Shown one piece after another: positions 27,236-37,462 of a stretch of DNA of 64,000 nucleotides. The number at the start of each line of letters is the position of its first letter. Position 1 is the first letter of the stretch. Both the position numbers and the translations under genes were made by a program. Location of the stretch: NCBI GenBank assembly GCA_016874295.1, contig VGUH01000002.1, positions 74,344-138,343 on the forward strand, given 5' to 3'. Origin of the DNA: Gammaproteobacteria bacterium. GTDB taxonomy: Bacteria > Pseudomonadota > Gammaproteobacteria > Steroidobacterales > Steroidobacteraceae. The notes beneath the pieces are model-generated. The model did not search any database. It had not been told where the DNA came from and saw only the letters and a program-made list of their open reading frames with translations.

Positions 27236-29413
27236 TTAAGTGCGCCGGATCTCGAAGCACGCGTGCACCTTCGCATCCCGTGAGAAATCGAGCGGTAAGG
27301 TAGACCTGGTGATGTCGCGCACCTGCAGGTCCTTCAGTGACTCCGCGTCCAGCCTGAATTTCCGGAAGTTGGTCGAGAAGAGCAGCAGCCCGCCCGGCGC
27401 GAGCAGCCTTGTAGCCGCGCGGATGAGTGACGCGTGGTCGCGCTGCACGTCGAACTCGCGCTCCATGCGCTTCGAGTTCGAGAACGTGGGCGGGTCGAGG
27501 AAGATCAGATCGAACCGCTCGAGCCGGGATTCCGCCAGCCAGGCCAGGCAATCTTCCTGGATGAAAGCGTGCTCGCCGGCAAGGCCGTTGACGGCCATGT
27601 TCCGCTTCGCCCAGTCGAGATAAGTGTGGGACATGTCCACGCTGGTCGTGGACTTTGCGCCGCCCGCCGCCGCGTGGACCGTGGCCGCGCCCGTATAACA
27701 GAAGAGATTGAGGAACCGCCTGCCCCGCGCGAACTCGCGGATCCGCGCGCGGGTCTTGCGGTGGTCGAGGAACAACCCGGTGTCGAGGTAGTCGGTGAAG
27801 TTCACGAGGAACTTGAGGCCGCCCTCCTCCACGACCACGCGCTCGCCTACCTCGGCGATCGCCTCGTACTGCGACTTCCCCTTCTGTGGCCGGCGCGTGC
27901 GCCAGTAGATGGCCTCCATCGGCAGGCCCATCACTTCTGGCAGGACGGAGATAGCCTCCTCGCGCCGCGCCTTGGCCTTCGCGCGGTCCACGGTCGCGGG
28001 CGGCGCATATTCCTGCACGTAGAGCCAACGCCCGGCGCTGCCCGCAGGGTCCGACTGATAGAGATCGATCGCGACCGCGTACTCGGGCATGTCAGCGTCG
28101 TAGAGGCGGTAACAGGAGACCTGCTCGCGCTTGGCCCAAGAGGCGAGCTTGTCGAAGTTCTTCTTCAGTCGGTTGGCGAACATCTGCGCACCCGGCCGCG
28201 CGCGCGCCGCTTCCGCGTCGATCGGCGGCGGCCGGCCCGGCACGCGCGGCCGGTCGAACTCCGAGGGCTCGACTGCGATCCGCAGCAGACGGCACTCGAT
28301 CGGGCCGTTCATCATCCGGTGCGTGCGCCGGGCATTGATCCCGAGCTCGCGCCCGAGCGCGGGATTGCCGGTGAACACGGCCGCCTCCCAGCCGAGGTAA
28401 CCCGCGCGCAGTCGCTCGCCGAGCAGCGCGTACAGCGCGCGCAGCGCCTCGGCTTCGCCGATGCGCTCGCCGTACGGCGGGTTCACCGCGACGAGCCCCG
28501 AGGGCGCGGGTGCCCCGGGCAGTTTTTCGAGTTCGCAGCGCTGAAAAAAGAGGCGCCTGTCCAGGCCTGCACGGGCGGCGTTCGCCTCGGCGTCGCGGAT
28601 CGCGACCGGGTCGCGGTCGAAGCTGCGGATGCGGCCCGGCGTCAGGAGCGCGACCTGCCGGCGCGCCTCGGCGGCGGCGCGCACGGCGGCCCATGCGTCG
28701 GCATCATGCTGCTTCCAGCGCTCGAAGCCGAAGCGCGTGCGCGACAATCCCGGCGCGATGTCCGCGGCGATCAGCGCGGCCTCGATCGGCAGCGTGCCGG
28801 AACCGCACATCGGGTCGACGAAGCTGCCGCCCGCGGCCGCGATCGCCGGCCAGCCCGCGCGGACCAGGATCGCGGCTGCGAGATTCTCCTTGAGCGGCGC
28901 GGCGCCCGCGCCGCCGCGGTAACCGCGCCGGTGCAGGTTGTCGCCCGAGAGGTCGACCGCAATAGTCACCGCCCCGCGCGCTGCGTGCGCATTGATGCGA
29001 AGCGAAGGCGACTCGCGGTCGACCGAGGGCCGCGAGCCGGTCCGTTCACGGAACTGGTCGACGACCGCGTCCTTCACGCGCTGTGCGCCGTACTGCGTGT
29101 GCGTGACTCCGGGCAGGCTGCCCGAGAAGTCGACCGCAAGCGTACCCTCGGCGTCGAGGTGCTCGCTCCAGTCAACCGCGCGAACGCCCGCGTACAGCGC
29201 TTCGGCATCAGCAGCCGGATAGCGCAGGAGCTGCCAGAGGACCCTGAGGCCGATGCGCGACTCGAGGCAGGCGCGATACGCCGCCGCGAGCTCCCCCTCG
29301 CAGGCGACGCCGCCCTGCACTTCGCGCGCGCCCTCGATGCCGAGCGCGGCGAGCTCCGCGGCCAGCAGATCCGCCGTGCCAGCCGCCGCGGTCACGAAGA
29401 ACAGCGCGCGCAT
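27236..29413 (-). CDS. rlmL: Bifunctional 23S rRNA (guanine2069-N7)/(guanine2445-N2) methyltransferase RlmK/RlmL
   Basis: Start at ATG 29413 (MRALFFVTAAAG). THUMP region, DPMCGSGT, NPPYGER, then a second methyltransferase domain LNLFCYTGAATVHAA and IFLDPPTFSNSK. 725 aa. Confidence 0.9.
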   Translation of the reverse strand: MRALFFVTAAAGTADLLAAELAALGIEGAREVQGGVACEGELAAAYRACLESRIGLRVLWQLLRYPAADAEALYAGVRAVDWSEHLDAEGTLAVDFSGSLPGVTHTQYGAQRVKDAVVDQFRERTGSRPSVDRESPSLRINAHAARGAVTIAVDLSGDNLHRRGYRGGAGAAPLKENLAAAILVRAGWPAIAAAGGSFVDPMCGSGTLPIEAALIAADIAPGLSRTRFGFERWKQHDADAWAAVRAAAEARRQVALLTPGRIRSFDRDPVAIRDAEANAARAGLDRRLFFQRCELEKLPGAPAPSGLVAVNPPYGERIGEAEALRALYALLGERLRAGYLGWEAAVFTGNPALGRELGINARRTHRMMNGPIECRLLRIAVEPSEFDRPRVPGRPPPIDAEAARARPGAQMFANRLKKNFDKLASWAKREQVSCYRLYDADMPEYAVAIDLYQSDPAGSAGRWLYVQEYAPPATVDRAKAKARREEAISVLPEVMGLPMEAIYWRTRRPQKGKSQYEAIAEVGERVVVEEGGLKFLVNFTDYLDTGLFLDHRKTRARIREFARGRRFLNLFCYTGAATVHAAAGGAKSTTSVDMSHTYLDWAKRNMAVNGLAGEHAFIQEDCLAWLAESRLERFDLIFLDPPTFSNSKRMEREFDVQRDHASLIRAATRLLAPGGLLLFSTNFRKFRLDAESLKDLQVRDITRSTLPLDFSRDAKVHACFEIRRT

Positions 29414-30771
29414 CAGGCCTTGCCGTACCGGATCAGCTCGGCGCCGCGGATCGGGCGGTCGAGAAAGCCCGCGAGGATCCGGTAGAGATCGAGATCGAAG
29501 GGCTCGCCCTCGTAGCACCAGCGGTCGAACACATGTGTCTCCTGGACGCCCCGCCAGTCGCGCTCGCGCACGCCGATCGGGCCGTCGAACGGCCATTCGC
29601 GGCGCTTGAGGCCCGCGAGCGCGAGCCGCGCGCGCACCGCATGCAGCGCGGGCGGTTCCCTGCCGACGCACACGCCGCGGCAGCGCCCGAGCTGGAGGCC
29701 GACGCAGGAACCTTCGCCCGCCTCGAGCCCCAGCCGCTTCGCGCACAGCGCGTGCTCACGCGCGAGCCCCGCGAGCGCGCGTTCGGCGTCCACACGGCGG
29801 CGGAACAGCCCGTAGCTCGCGCCGGGGTCGTCGAGCGCGTCGAGCTCGCGGATCTCGGCGAGCGGCAACGCCGCTTCCTCGCGCAGGCGGATCGCCCACA
29901 GCGCGCCGGCGTCGCGCCCACGCCGGTTGAGCGGCGGCCGGCGCGCCCTGATGAGCCGCGCCTCGGTCACGAGCGCGCCGAACTCGCCGGCCGTCTCGAT
30001 CCACTCGATGCGCCGCACGAGCGCGGCGAGCTCGCGCTCGAGCTTCGCGCGCGTGTCCGCGAAATGCGCCAGCACGCGGCTCGCGAGGTTCTTCGCCTTG
30101 CCGACGTACAGGAGCGCATCGTCCTCGCCATAAAAGAGGTAGACGCCCGGCCCCTCGGGGAGCTCGTCGGCGATCCCGGGGTCGAGCTGCGGCGGCAGGC
30201 GCGCGGTTCCGACCAGGCGCTCGACGATCGGGCCGAGCGCTTCGGCGGGCCACTGCGCGCGCGCGATGGCGAGGAACTCCGCCAGCACGCGCGCGTCGCC
30301 GAGCGCGCGATGCCGCGCCTCGCAGGCGATGCCGTGGCGCGCCATGACCGCGTCCAGGTTGTGGCCGCGCTCGGCGGGCGTCAGCGCGCGCGACAACCGC
30401 ACCGTGCACAGCACGGGCGCGCGGAAGCGCCGCCCGAGCCGGCGGAACTCGTTGCGCAGGAATCCGTAGTCGAAACGCGCGTTGTGCGCGACGAACAGGC
30501 GCCCGTCGAGTCGCGCGGCGATATCCTGCGCGACCGCGGCAAACGGCGGCGCGTCCGCGACCATCTCCTGCGTGATGCCGGTGAATTGCTGGATCGCGTA
30601 CGGGATCCGTACGCCCGGATTCACCAGCGTCGCATACTCCGCGACGACCGCGCCGTCCTCGACGAGGACGATGCCCGCCTCCATGACCCGGTCGCGCCCC
30701 GCGTGCCCGCCCGTGGTCTCGAGGTCCACACAGGCGATGGGCCTCTCGAGCGCGCCGTCAGCCGCGGCCAC
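29413..30771 (-). CDS. DnaQ-like 3'-5' exonuclease fused to a GIY-YIG (UvrC/Cho-like) nuclease domain
   Basis: 452 aa. Exo motifs CVDLETTG, VAHNARFDYGFL, HRALGDARV. GIY-YIG block GVYLFYGEDDALLYVGKAKNLASRV ... ETAGEFGALVTEARLIRARRPPLNRR. The stop overlaps the rlmL start by 1 nt. Confidence 0.8.
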   Translation of the reverse strand: MAAADGALERPIACVDLETTGGHAGRDRVMEAGIVLVEDGAVVAEYATLVNPGVRIPYAIQQFTGITQEMVADAPPFAAVAQDIAARLDGRLFVAHNARFDYGFLRNEFRRLGRRFRAPVLCTVRLSRALTPAERGHNLDAVMARHGIACEARHRALGDARVLAEFLAIARAQWPAEALGPIVERLVGTARLPPQLDPGIADELPEGPGVYLFYGEDDALLYVGKAKNLASRVLAHFADTRAKLERELAALVRRIEWIETAGEFGALVTEARLIRARRPPLNRRGRDAGALWAIRLREEAALPLAEIRELDALDDPGASYGLFRRRVDAERALAGLAREHALCAKRLGLEAGEGSCVGLQLGRCRGVCVGREPPALHAVRARLALAGLKRREWPFDGPIGVRERDWRGVQETHVFDRWCYEGEPFDLDLYRILAGFLDRPIRGAELIRYGKA

Positions 30772-31627
30772 CGTCCAGCTTCAGCAGCGGCCCGTAGAGG
30801 TCCGGCCGCCGGTCACGGAACACGCCCCAGGCATGCCGGTACTTGCGGATTTCGTCCAGGTCGAAGCTCGCCGTGATCACCTGCTCGCTGTGGTCGTCGG
30901 CTTGGGCCACGACCTCGCCGGTATGGTCGGCGATGAATGAGTGGCCGTAGAAGGTGACCGAGAGCTTCTCGCCCTGCTCGCTGCCGATGCGGTTCGAGGC
31001 GACGAGCGGCATGATGTTGGCCGCGGCGTGCCCCTGCATCGCCCGTTGCCAGTGATAGCGCGAGTCGAGCGTCGGGTCCTGCGGCTCGGAGCCGATCGCG
31101 GTCGGGTACAGCAGGATCTCGGCGCCCATGAGCGCCATCGCCCGCGCCGCCTCCGGGAACCACTGGTCCCAGCATACGGCGACGCCCAGCGTGCCGAAGC
31201 GCGTCGGCCAGACCTTGAAGCCCGTATCGCCGGGCGAGAAGTAGAACTTCTCGTGGTAGCCCGGGCTCTCGGGTATGTGCGACTTCCGGTAGATGCCGAG
31301 CGTCATCCCGTCCGCATCCACCATGACGAGCGTGTTGAAGTAGGTGTTCTGCGCGCGCTCGAATACCGACAACGGCAGCACCACGCCGAGTTCGGCCGCG
31401 ACCTTCGAGAGCCGCCGGATCGCCGGGTTCTCGGCGATCGGCAGCGCCAGCTCGAAGTGCTTCGCGATGTGGTCCTTGCAGAAGTACGGCGCCTCGAACA
31501 GCTCCTGGATCAGGATGACGTTCGCGCCCTGCTGCGCCGCCGCGCGCACCAGGCGCTCGGCATTCGCGATGTTCGCCTCGCGGTCCCAGCCGCAGGCCAT
31601 CTGGGTCGCGGCGACCGTCACCTTCAC
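30758..31627 (-). CDS. aguB: N-carbamoylputrescine amidase (nitrilase superfamily)
   Basis: GTG 31627 overlaps the upstream stop (GTGA). VTVAATQMAC, IQELFE.PYFC, YRKSHIP..PGYHEKFYF.PGDTGFKVW, CWDQWFPE (catalytic Cys) closely follow AguB as I recall it. Confidence 0.85.
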   Translation of the reverse strand: MKVTVAATQMACGWDREANIANAERLVRAAAQQGANVILIQELFEAPYFCKDHIAKHFELALPIAENPAIRRLSKVAAELGVVLPLSVFERAQNTYFNTLVMVDADGMTLGIYRKSHIPESPGYHEKFYFSPGDTGFKVWPTRFGTLGVAVCWDQWFPEAARAMALMGAEILLYPTAIGSEPQDPTLDSRYHWQRAMQGHAAANIMPLVASNRIGSEQGEKLSVTFYGHSFIADHTGEVVAQADDHSEQVITASFDLDEIRKYRHAWGVFRDRRPDLYGPLLKLDGGRG

Positions 31628-33123
31628 GACAGGTCGACCCAGGTGGTCTTGAGCTCGGTGTACTTGTCCATCGCGTGCAGCGACTTGTCGCGTCCGTTGC
31701 CGGACTGCTTGAAGCCGCCGAACGGCACGGTGATATCGTCGGCGTCGTAGCAGTTGACGTACACCGTGCCGGCCCGCAGGCGCTTCGCGACGCGGTGCGC
31801 GGTCGTGATGTCCCGGCTCCAGACGGCGGCCGTGAGGCCGTAGCTCACGTCGTTCGCGATCTTCACCGCCTCCTCGACGTCGCTGAAGGTGATGGTCGAC
31901 AGCACCGGCCCGAAAATCTCCTCGCGGGCGATCTTCATGGCCGGCTTGACGCCCGTGAACACCGTCGGCTCGACGAAGTAGCCGCCGCTCTCGCGCAGCG
32001 CGCGCTGGCCGCCGAGCCGCACCTCCGCGCCTTCCTCCTTGCCGGACTCGATGAAGCCCATCACGGTGTTGAGCTGGACCTGGTCCACGATCGCGCCGAG
32101 CCGCGTCTTCGGGTCGAGCGGGTCGCCGGGCGCTATGGTCTTGCCGATCGCGACGATCTTCTCGAGCATCGCGTCCTTCACCGACTCGTGCACGACCAGG
32201 CGCGAGGCCGCGGAGCACATCTCGCCCTGGTTGAAGAAGATGCCGTAGGCCGCGGCGCTCGCGGCGCGCTCGAGGTCGGCCACGTCGCCCAGCACCACGT
32301 TCGGCGCCTTGCCGCCGCACTCGAGCCAGACGCGCTTCATGTTCGACTTGCCCGCGTACTCGAGCATGCGCTTGCCGGTGCGCGTCGAACCCGTGAACGC
32401 GACGCAGTCGACGTCCATGTGCATCGCGAGCGCTTCGCCGGCGGTGTAGCCGAAGCCCGGCACGACGTTCAGCACGCCCTCGGGCAGCCCGGCCTCGAGC
32501 GCGAGCTCGGCGATCCGAAGCGCCGTGAGCGGCGACTTCTCGGAAGGCTTCAGCACCACGGAGTTGCCGGTCGCGAGCGCCGGCCCGAGCTTCCAGGAAG
32601 CCATCAGCAGCGGGAAGTTCCAGGGCACGATCGCGCCCACGACGCCGACCGATTCGCGCGTGACTAGGGCGAGCGATTCGTGGCCGGTCGGCGCGACCTC
32701 GTCATAGACCTTGTCGATCGCCTCCGCGTACCAGGCGATGCAGTTGGCGGCCGCCGGGATATCGATCTTCATCGAGTCCGAGATCGGCTTGCCCATGTCC
32801 ATCGTCTCGGTGAGCGCGAGCTCCTCGCGGTGCTTGCGGATCAGCTCCGCGAACCGCAGCAACACCTTCTTGCGCGCGGCCGGCGCAAGCCGCGACCAGG
32901 CGCCGCCCTCGAAGGCCTTGCGCGCGCTTGCGACCGCGGCGTCCACGTCCGGCGCGTCGCAGTAGGCGACCTGCGCGATCACGAGGCCGTTCGCGGGATT
33001 CACGCAGTCGAAGGTCGCGCCGGAGGCGGCCGGCACGTACTTGCCATCGATGAAGGCCTGGGTCCTCGGCTTGAGCGCCTTGGCGAGCTCATGCCAGTTC
33101 ACCGATTTTTGTTCCTTGGTCAC
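31624..33123 (-). CDS. puuC: NAD-dependent aldehyde dehydrogenase, gamma-glutamyl-gamma-aminobutyraldehyde dehydrogenase type
   Basis: GTG 33123 is preceded by GAGGA. FTGSTRTGK, ECGGKAP, FNQGEMCSAASR (catalytic Cys). 499 aa. The track start at 33171 would overlap the upstream regulator. Confidence 0.8.
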   Translation of the reverse strand: MTKEQKSVNWHELAKALKPRTQAFIDGKYVPAASGATFDCVNPANGLVIAQVAYCDAPDVDAAVASARKAFEGGAWSRLAPAARKKVLLRFAELIRKHREELALTETMDMGKPISDSMKIDIPAAANCIAWYAEAIDKVYDEVAPTGHESLALVTRESVGVVGAIVPWNFPLLMASWKLGPALATGNSVVLKPSEKSPLTALRIAELALEAGLPEGVLNVVPGFGYTAGEALAMHMDVDCVAFTGSTRTGKRMLEYAGKSNMKRVWLECGGKAPNVVLGDVADLERAASAAAYGIFFNQGEMCSAASRLVVHESVKDAMLEKIVAIGKTIAPGDPLDPKTRLGAIVDQVQLNTVMGFIESGKEEGAEVRLGGQRALRESGGYFVEPTVFTGVKPAMKIAREEIFGPVLSTITFSDVEEAVKIANDVSYGLTAAVWSRDITTAHRVAKRLRAGTVYVNCYDADDITVPFGGFKQSGNGRDKSLHAMDKYTELKTTWVDLS

Positions 33124-33133
33124 GGCGGCGTCC

Positions 33134-33682
33134 TCACAGGGTCGGCGGGCTCGAGGCGCTGATGATCTCACAGCGCTCGCGCCCGCGATTGCGGAAGCGG
33201 TGCGGCACCGCGCTCGCGAAATAGTAGGCGTCGCCGGGGCCGAGCACCTGGACCTGGCCGCCGATCGTGATCTCGATCTTGCCCGCGACCACGACGCCCC
33301 CTTCTTCGCCCACGTGCCGCAGCATGTCCGAGCCCGTGTCCGCCCCCGGCTCGTAGGTTTCGCGCAGGACCGTCATGCGCCGGCCCGGCCGATGCGCCGC
33401 GACCAGCCGCAGCGACACCGCGCCCTCGCCGAGCTCAACCAGCTCCTCCTTGCCGTAGAACACCTGGGTCGTGCCAGCCGGGTCCATGGTGAAGAACTCG
33501 GCGAGCCCCATGGGCAGGCCGTCGAGCACCTTCTTGAGCGAGGCGACCGAAGGGCTCACGCGCCCCTGCTCGATCAGCGAGATCATGCCGTTCGTGACCC
33601 CGGCGCGCTTCGCCAGTTCGCGCTGGGACAGGCCGTGCATCTGCCGGACGGCCTTCAGGCGGGTCGCGACGTCGTTCGCCAT
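33134..33682 (-). CDS. XRE-family HTH plus cupin transcriptional regulator (PuuR-like)
   Basis: 182 aa. LSQRELAKRAGVTNGMISLIEQG HTH, then a C-terminal cupin (GDAYYF....PHRFRN). Confidence 0.8.
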   Translation of the reverse strand: MANDVATRLKAVRQMHGLSQRELAKRAGVTNGMISLIEQGRVSPSVASLKKVLDGLPMGLAEFFTMDPAGTTQVFYGKEELVELGEGAVSLRLVAAHRPGRRMTVLRETYEPGADTGSDMLRHVGEEGGVVVAGKIEITIGGQVQVLGPGDAYYFASAVPHRFRNRGRERCEIISASSPPTL

Positions 33683-33758
33683 GGGAGCCCCGTTTTGTCT
33701 ATGATTTTAAACACGAACCCGCGTAATATCGGCTTTTCGTCCCAAAAGTGTCAATTAT

Positions 33759-35093
33759 ATGAACGCAATCCCAAAGTCCAGCGCCGTTCCCGCCGATCTC
33801 GACGCCTTCTGGATGCCATTCACGGCGAACCGGCAGTTCAAGGCGAATCCGCGCCTGCTCGCGCGCGCCGAAGGCCTCTACTACTGGACGCCGGAAGGCC
33901 GCCAGGTGCTCGACGGCACGTCCGGGCTCTGGTGCGTGAACGCAGGCCACGGCCGCAAGGAGATCACCGACGCGGTCGCGAAGCAGATCGCGGTGATGGA
34001 CTACGCGCCGCCCTTCCAGATGGGCCATCCGATCGCGTTCGAGTTTGCGAGCGCGCTCGCCGAGATCACGCCACGCGGCCTCGACCGCGTGTTCTTCACC
34101 AACTCGGGCTCGGAGTCGGTGGACACGGCGCTCAAGATCGCGATCGCCTACCACCGCGTGCGCGGCGAAGGCGCCCGCAGCCGCCTGATCGGCCGCGAGC
34201 GCGGCTACCACGGCGTCGGTTTCGGCGGCATCACCGTGGGCGGCATGGTCAACAACCGCAAGTACTTCGGGACGATGCTGCCGGGCGTCGATCACCTGCG
34301 CCACACGCACGATCCCGCGCGCAACGCATTCTCGCAGGGGCTTCCCGCGCACGGCGCGGAGCTCGCGGATGACCTCGAGCGCCCGGTCGCGCTGCACGAC
34401 GCCTCGACCATCGCCGCGGTGATCGTCGAGCCGATCGCGGGCTCGACCGGCGTGCTGCTGCCGCCCAGGGGCTACCTGAAGCGCCTGCGGGAGCTGTGCA
34501 CGAAACACGGCATCCTGCTGATCTTCGACGAGGTCATCACCGGCTTCGGCCGCACGGGCTCGGCGTTCGCGGCCCAGGAGTTCGACGTCGTCCCGGACAT
34601 GATCACCTGCGCCAAGGGCCTCACCAACGGCGCCGTGCCGATGGGCGCGGTGTTCGTGAAGCGGGAGATCCACGACGCGTTCATGACGGGGCCCCCGGGC
34701 TCCATCGAGCTGTTCCACGGCTATACCTACTCCGCGCACCCGATCGCCTGCGCGGCGGGCCTCGCGACGCAGCGCATCTACCGCAACGAGGGCCTGTTCG
34801 AGCGCGTGCGCGCGATCGCGCCCTACTGGTCGGACGCGGTGCACGCGCTGAAGGGCCGCCGGCACGTCGTGGACCTGCGCGCCTACGGCCTGGTCGCCGG
34901 CATCGACTTGAGCCCGCGCGACGGCGCGCCGGGCGCGCGTGCCTACGACGCGCTGGTCGCGGCCTTCAACGCGGGTCTCCTGATCCGCATCACCGGGGAC
35001 ACGATCGCTTTGTCGCCGCCGTTCATCATCGAACGCAAGGACATCGACCGGATCTTCGAGACGCTGGGGGCGATCATCGATCGCTTGGACTGA
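33759..35093 (+). CDS. Class-III PLP aminotransferase, omega-amino acid (beta-alanine)--pyruvate aminotransferase type
   Basis: 444 aa. FWMPFTANRQF, LWCVNAGHGR, DEVITGFGRTGS, TCAKGLTNGAVPMG. Confidence 0.8.
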   Translation: MNAIPKSSAVPADLDAFWMPFTANRQFKANPRLLARAEGLYYWTPEGRQVLDGTSGLWCVNAGHGRKEITDAVAKQIAVMDYAPPFQMGHPIAFEFASALAEITPRGLDRVFFTNSGSESVDTALKIAIAYHRVRGEGARSRLIGRERGYHGVGFGGITVGGMVNNRKYFGTMLPGVDHLRHTHDPARNAFSQGLPAHGAELADDLERPVALHDASTIAAVIVEPIAGSTGVLLPPRGYLKRLRELCTKHGILLIFDEVITGFGRTGSAFAAQEFDVVPDMITCAKGLTNGAVPMGAVFVKREIHDAFMTGPPGSIELFHGYTYSAHPIACAAGLATQRIYRNEGLFERVRAIAPYWSDAVHALKGRRHVVDLRAYGLVAGIDLSPRDGAPGARAYDALVAAFNAGLLIRITGDTIALSPPFIIERKDIDRIFETLGAIIDRLD

Positions 35094-35161
35094 TGCCGCG
35101 CCCCGGGGTATTCTCGGAACAGGTGAAAAACGTCTTGAATCGAGCCATCCTAGGGGAAATC

Positions 35162-37462
35162 ATGACCAGCCCGATCCGTATTGCGGTCCACGCGACCATC
35201 GCCGCGGCAATGTCCTGCCCGATCGCCGCCCTCGCCCAGGAGGTCGTCGGGCTCGAGGAAGTCGTCATCACCGCGCAGAAGCGCCAGCAGTCGCTGCAGG
35301 ACGTGCCGCTGTCGGTCTCCGCCTTCACCGACGAGATGCTGAGTGAAGGCCGGATGGCGGACATCCGCTCGATCGTCGACTTCACGCCGGGTTTCAGCGG
35401 CAACACCGCCGACGGCTTTACGGACGCGCTGTCGATGCGCGGCATCTCGACCAACGACTTCGGCATCGGCGGCGACCCCTCGGTCGCCGTGTTCGTCGAC
35501 GGCATCTGGGCCGGCCGCACGGGCGGTGTCATGACCTCGATGTACGACGTCGAGCGGGTCGAGGTGGTCAAGGGCCCGCAAGGCACCCTGTTCGGCCGCA
35601 ACTCGATCGCGGGCGCAATCAGCGTCCTCACCAAGAAGCCGGACAGCGAGTTCGGCGCGAGCGCGGAGCTCTCGCTCGCCGACCGCGACGAGGTCGAGGC
35701 CATCGGCATGATCAACATCCCGCTCAATGACCAATGGGCGATGCGTGCGGCCGGCTACTACCTCCAGAACGACGGCTACCTCGAGAATCTCGCCGGCGGC
35801 GACGATCTCGGCTTCCACGAGGTCAGTTCCGGGCGCCTGTCGCTGAGCTATGCCGGCGAATCGCTCGACGCGACGCTGATCACCTCGTACGAGGACCGCG
35901 AGCAGGACCCGTCCGTGTACTGGGTGCCGGCCGCGGGCCTCGCCGAGGACGAAGTGAACACCGATCTCGGCGATGACGGCATCAACGAGTCGGACGTGTT
36001 CGACGCGAGGATCCTGCTCGAATGGTCGCTCGCGGGCGACTACACGGTCACCTCGCTGACCGGCTACAAGAAGTTCAATTTCCACTACCTCGAGGACTAC
36101 GACGGTGGTCCCGAGCGGATGAACGACTACCGCCAGGTCAACGAAGTCGAGTACTGGAGCCAGGAGCTACGGCTGAACTCGCCGTCGGACGGCCGCGTCA
36201 CCTGGTTCGCCGGCGCGAGCGTGTACGAGGAAAAGATCGATGGCCTGTTCGACTTCATCTACGACGAGGATGCGCTGTGCCGCGCGGTCAGCATCTCCGA
36301 CGCGCCGGATTTCGACGGGCCGGCGGCCGGCTGCGACGACCCGAACTTCGAGACCTACTGGGAGGAGGACATCGATCCCGCCGACATCCTCGAGGGCAAG
36401 GTCGAGCGAACCTTCGTGGATGTCAAGAGCCGCGGCTGGGCGGTGTACGGCGATTTGACCTGGGCGATCAACGACCGGCTGGACCTGACCGCGGGCGCGC
36501 GCTATACGTTCGACGAGAAGGAGATCGACAGCGTGGTCCTCGACTCGGGCGGCGCGCTCGGCAACAACTTCAATTTCGGGTTCTTCACCAACGGCACGGT
36601 CAGCAACAAGTCCGACTGGAGCGACTTCACGCCGCGCATCGCGCTCGACTACGAGATCAACGACGACGTTTCCGTGTACGGCACGGTCTCGATGGGCTAC
36701 AAGGCGGGCGGCTTTGCGACCTTCGGCTACGACCTGCACGGACAGGATGTGAACGACGACGGTTCCGCGCCCGACGGCACGACGCCGCTCGAGTTCGACC
36801 CCGAGGAAGTTGAGAACTACGAGATCGGCATCAAGTCGCGCCTGCTCGACAATACGCTGCAGGCGAATGCCTCGCTGTTTCTGTACGACTATACCGACCT
36901 GCAGCTCGTGTATTTCGACCAGGGCTCCTCGCAGGTCGCGAACCTGGGCGAGGCACGCGGCCAGGGCCTGGAGATCGACCTGCGCTGGGTGCCGAACGAG
37001 CACTGGGACGCGATGGTCGGCCTCACGTTCCTCGACACCGAGATCACGGACGCGACCGACATCATCGAGGTCGGCGCCTGCGGGGACTGCGACGGCAACA
37101 ACCTGCCCTTCGCGCCCGAGGTGAGCGCCTCCACGATCCTCACCTACCGCATGCCGGTCGCCACGGGCGAGGGCTTCTTCACGACCGAATACGTCTACCG
37201 GTCGAAGATGTACGGCGGACCGGACAACCTGCCGGACGCGACGGCGGACTCCTGGAACGAGGTCAGCTTCCGCCTCGGCTACCGCAGCAGCGGGAACTGG
37301 TACGCGACGCTCTGGGTGGAGAACGCCTTCGACGAGATCTACTTCGAGCGCGGCTGGGAGAACGCCGACGCGGACAACCAGTACGGCTACGGCCTGTTCA
37401 ACGAGCTGGTCTGGCCGTCGCGGCCGCGGACAGTCGGTGTCACGTTTGGGATGGAGTGGTAG
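35162..37462 (+). CDS. TonB-dependent outer-membrane receptor
   Basis: Start at ATG 35162 (signal peptide MTSPIRIAVHATIAAAMSCPIAALA). Plug motifs EEVVITAQKR, VERVEVVKGPQGTLFGRNSIAG. Long beta-barrel ending ...RTVGVTFGMEW. Confidence 0.85.
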   Translation: MTSPIRIAVHATIAAAMSCPIAALAQEVVGLEEVVITAQKRQQSLQDVPLSVSAFTDEMLSEGRMADIRSIVDFTPGFSGNTADGFTDALSMRGISTNDFGIGGDPSVAVFVDGIWAGRTGGVMTSMYDVERVEVVKGPQGTLFGRNSIAGAISVLTKKPDSEFGASAELSLADRDEVEAIGMINIPLNDQWAMRAAGYYLQNDGYLENLAGGDDLGFHEVSSGRLSLSYAGESLDATLITSYEDREQDPSVYWVPAAGLAEDEVNTDLGDDGINESDVFDARILLEWSLAGDYTVTSLTGYKKFNFHYLEDYDGGPERMNDYRQVNEVEYWSQELRLNSPSDGRVTWFAGASVYEEKIDGLFDFIYDEDALCRAVSISDAPDFDGPAAGCDDPNFETYWEEDIDPADILEGKVERTFVDVKSRGWAVYGDLTWAINDRLDLTAGARYTFDEKEIDSVVLDSGGALGNNFNFGFFTNGTVSNKSDWSDFTPRIALDYEINDDVSVYGTVSMGYKAGGFATFGYDLHGQDVNDDGSAPDGTTPLEFDPEEVENYEIGIKSRLLDNTLQANASLFLYDYTDLQLVYFDQGSSQVANLGEARGQGLEIDLRWVPNEHWDAMVGLTFLDTEITDATDIIEVGACGDCDGNNLPFAPEVSASTILTYRMPVATGEGFFTTEYVYRSKMYGGPDNLPDATADSWNEVSFRLGYRSSGNWYATLWVENAFDEIYFERGWENADADNQYGYGLFNELVWPSRPRTVGVTFGMEW

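Noticed and set aside
37440-37462. The 23-nt convergent overlap of the TBDR and cupin genes as a regulatory antisense feature.
   Set aside because: The overlap depends on the cupin C-terminal tail (..ATTPSQT), which is unconserved-looking. Short 3' overlaps are common in compact high-GC genomes, and no structure is visible.
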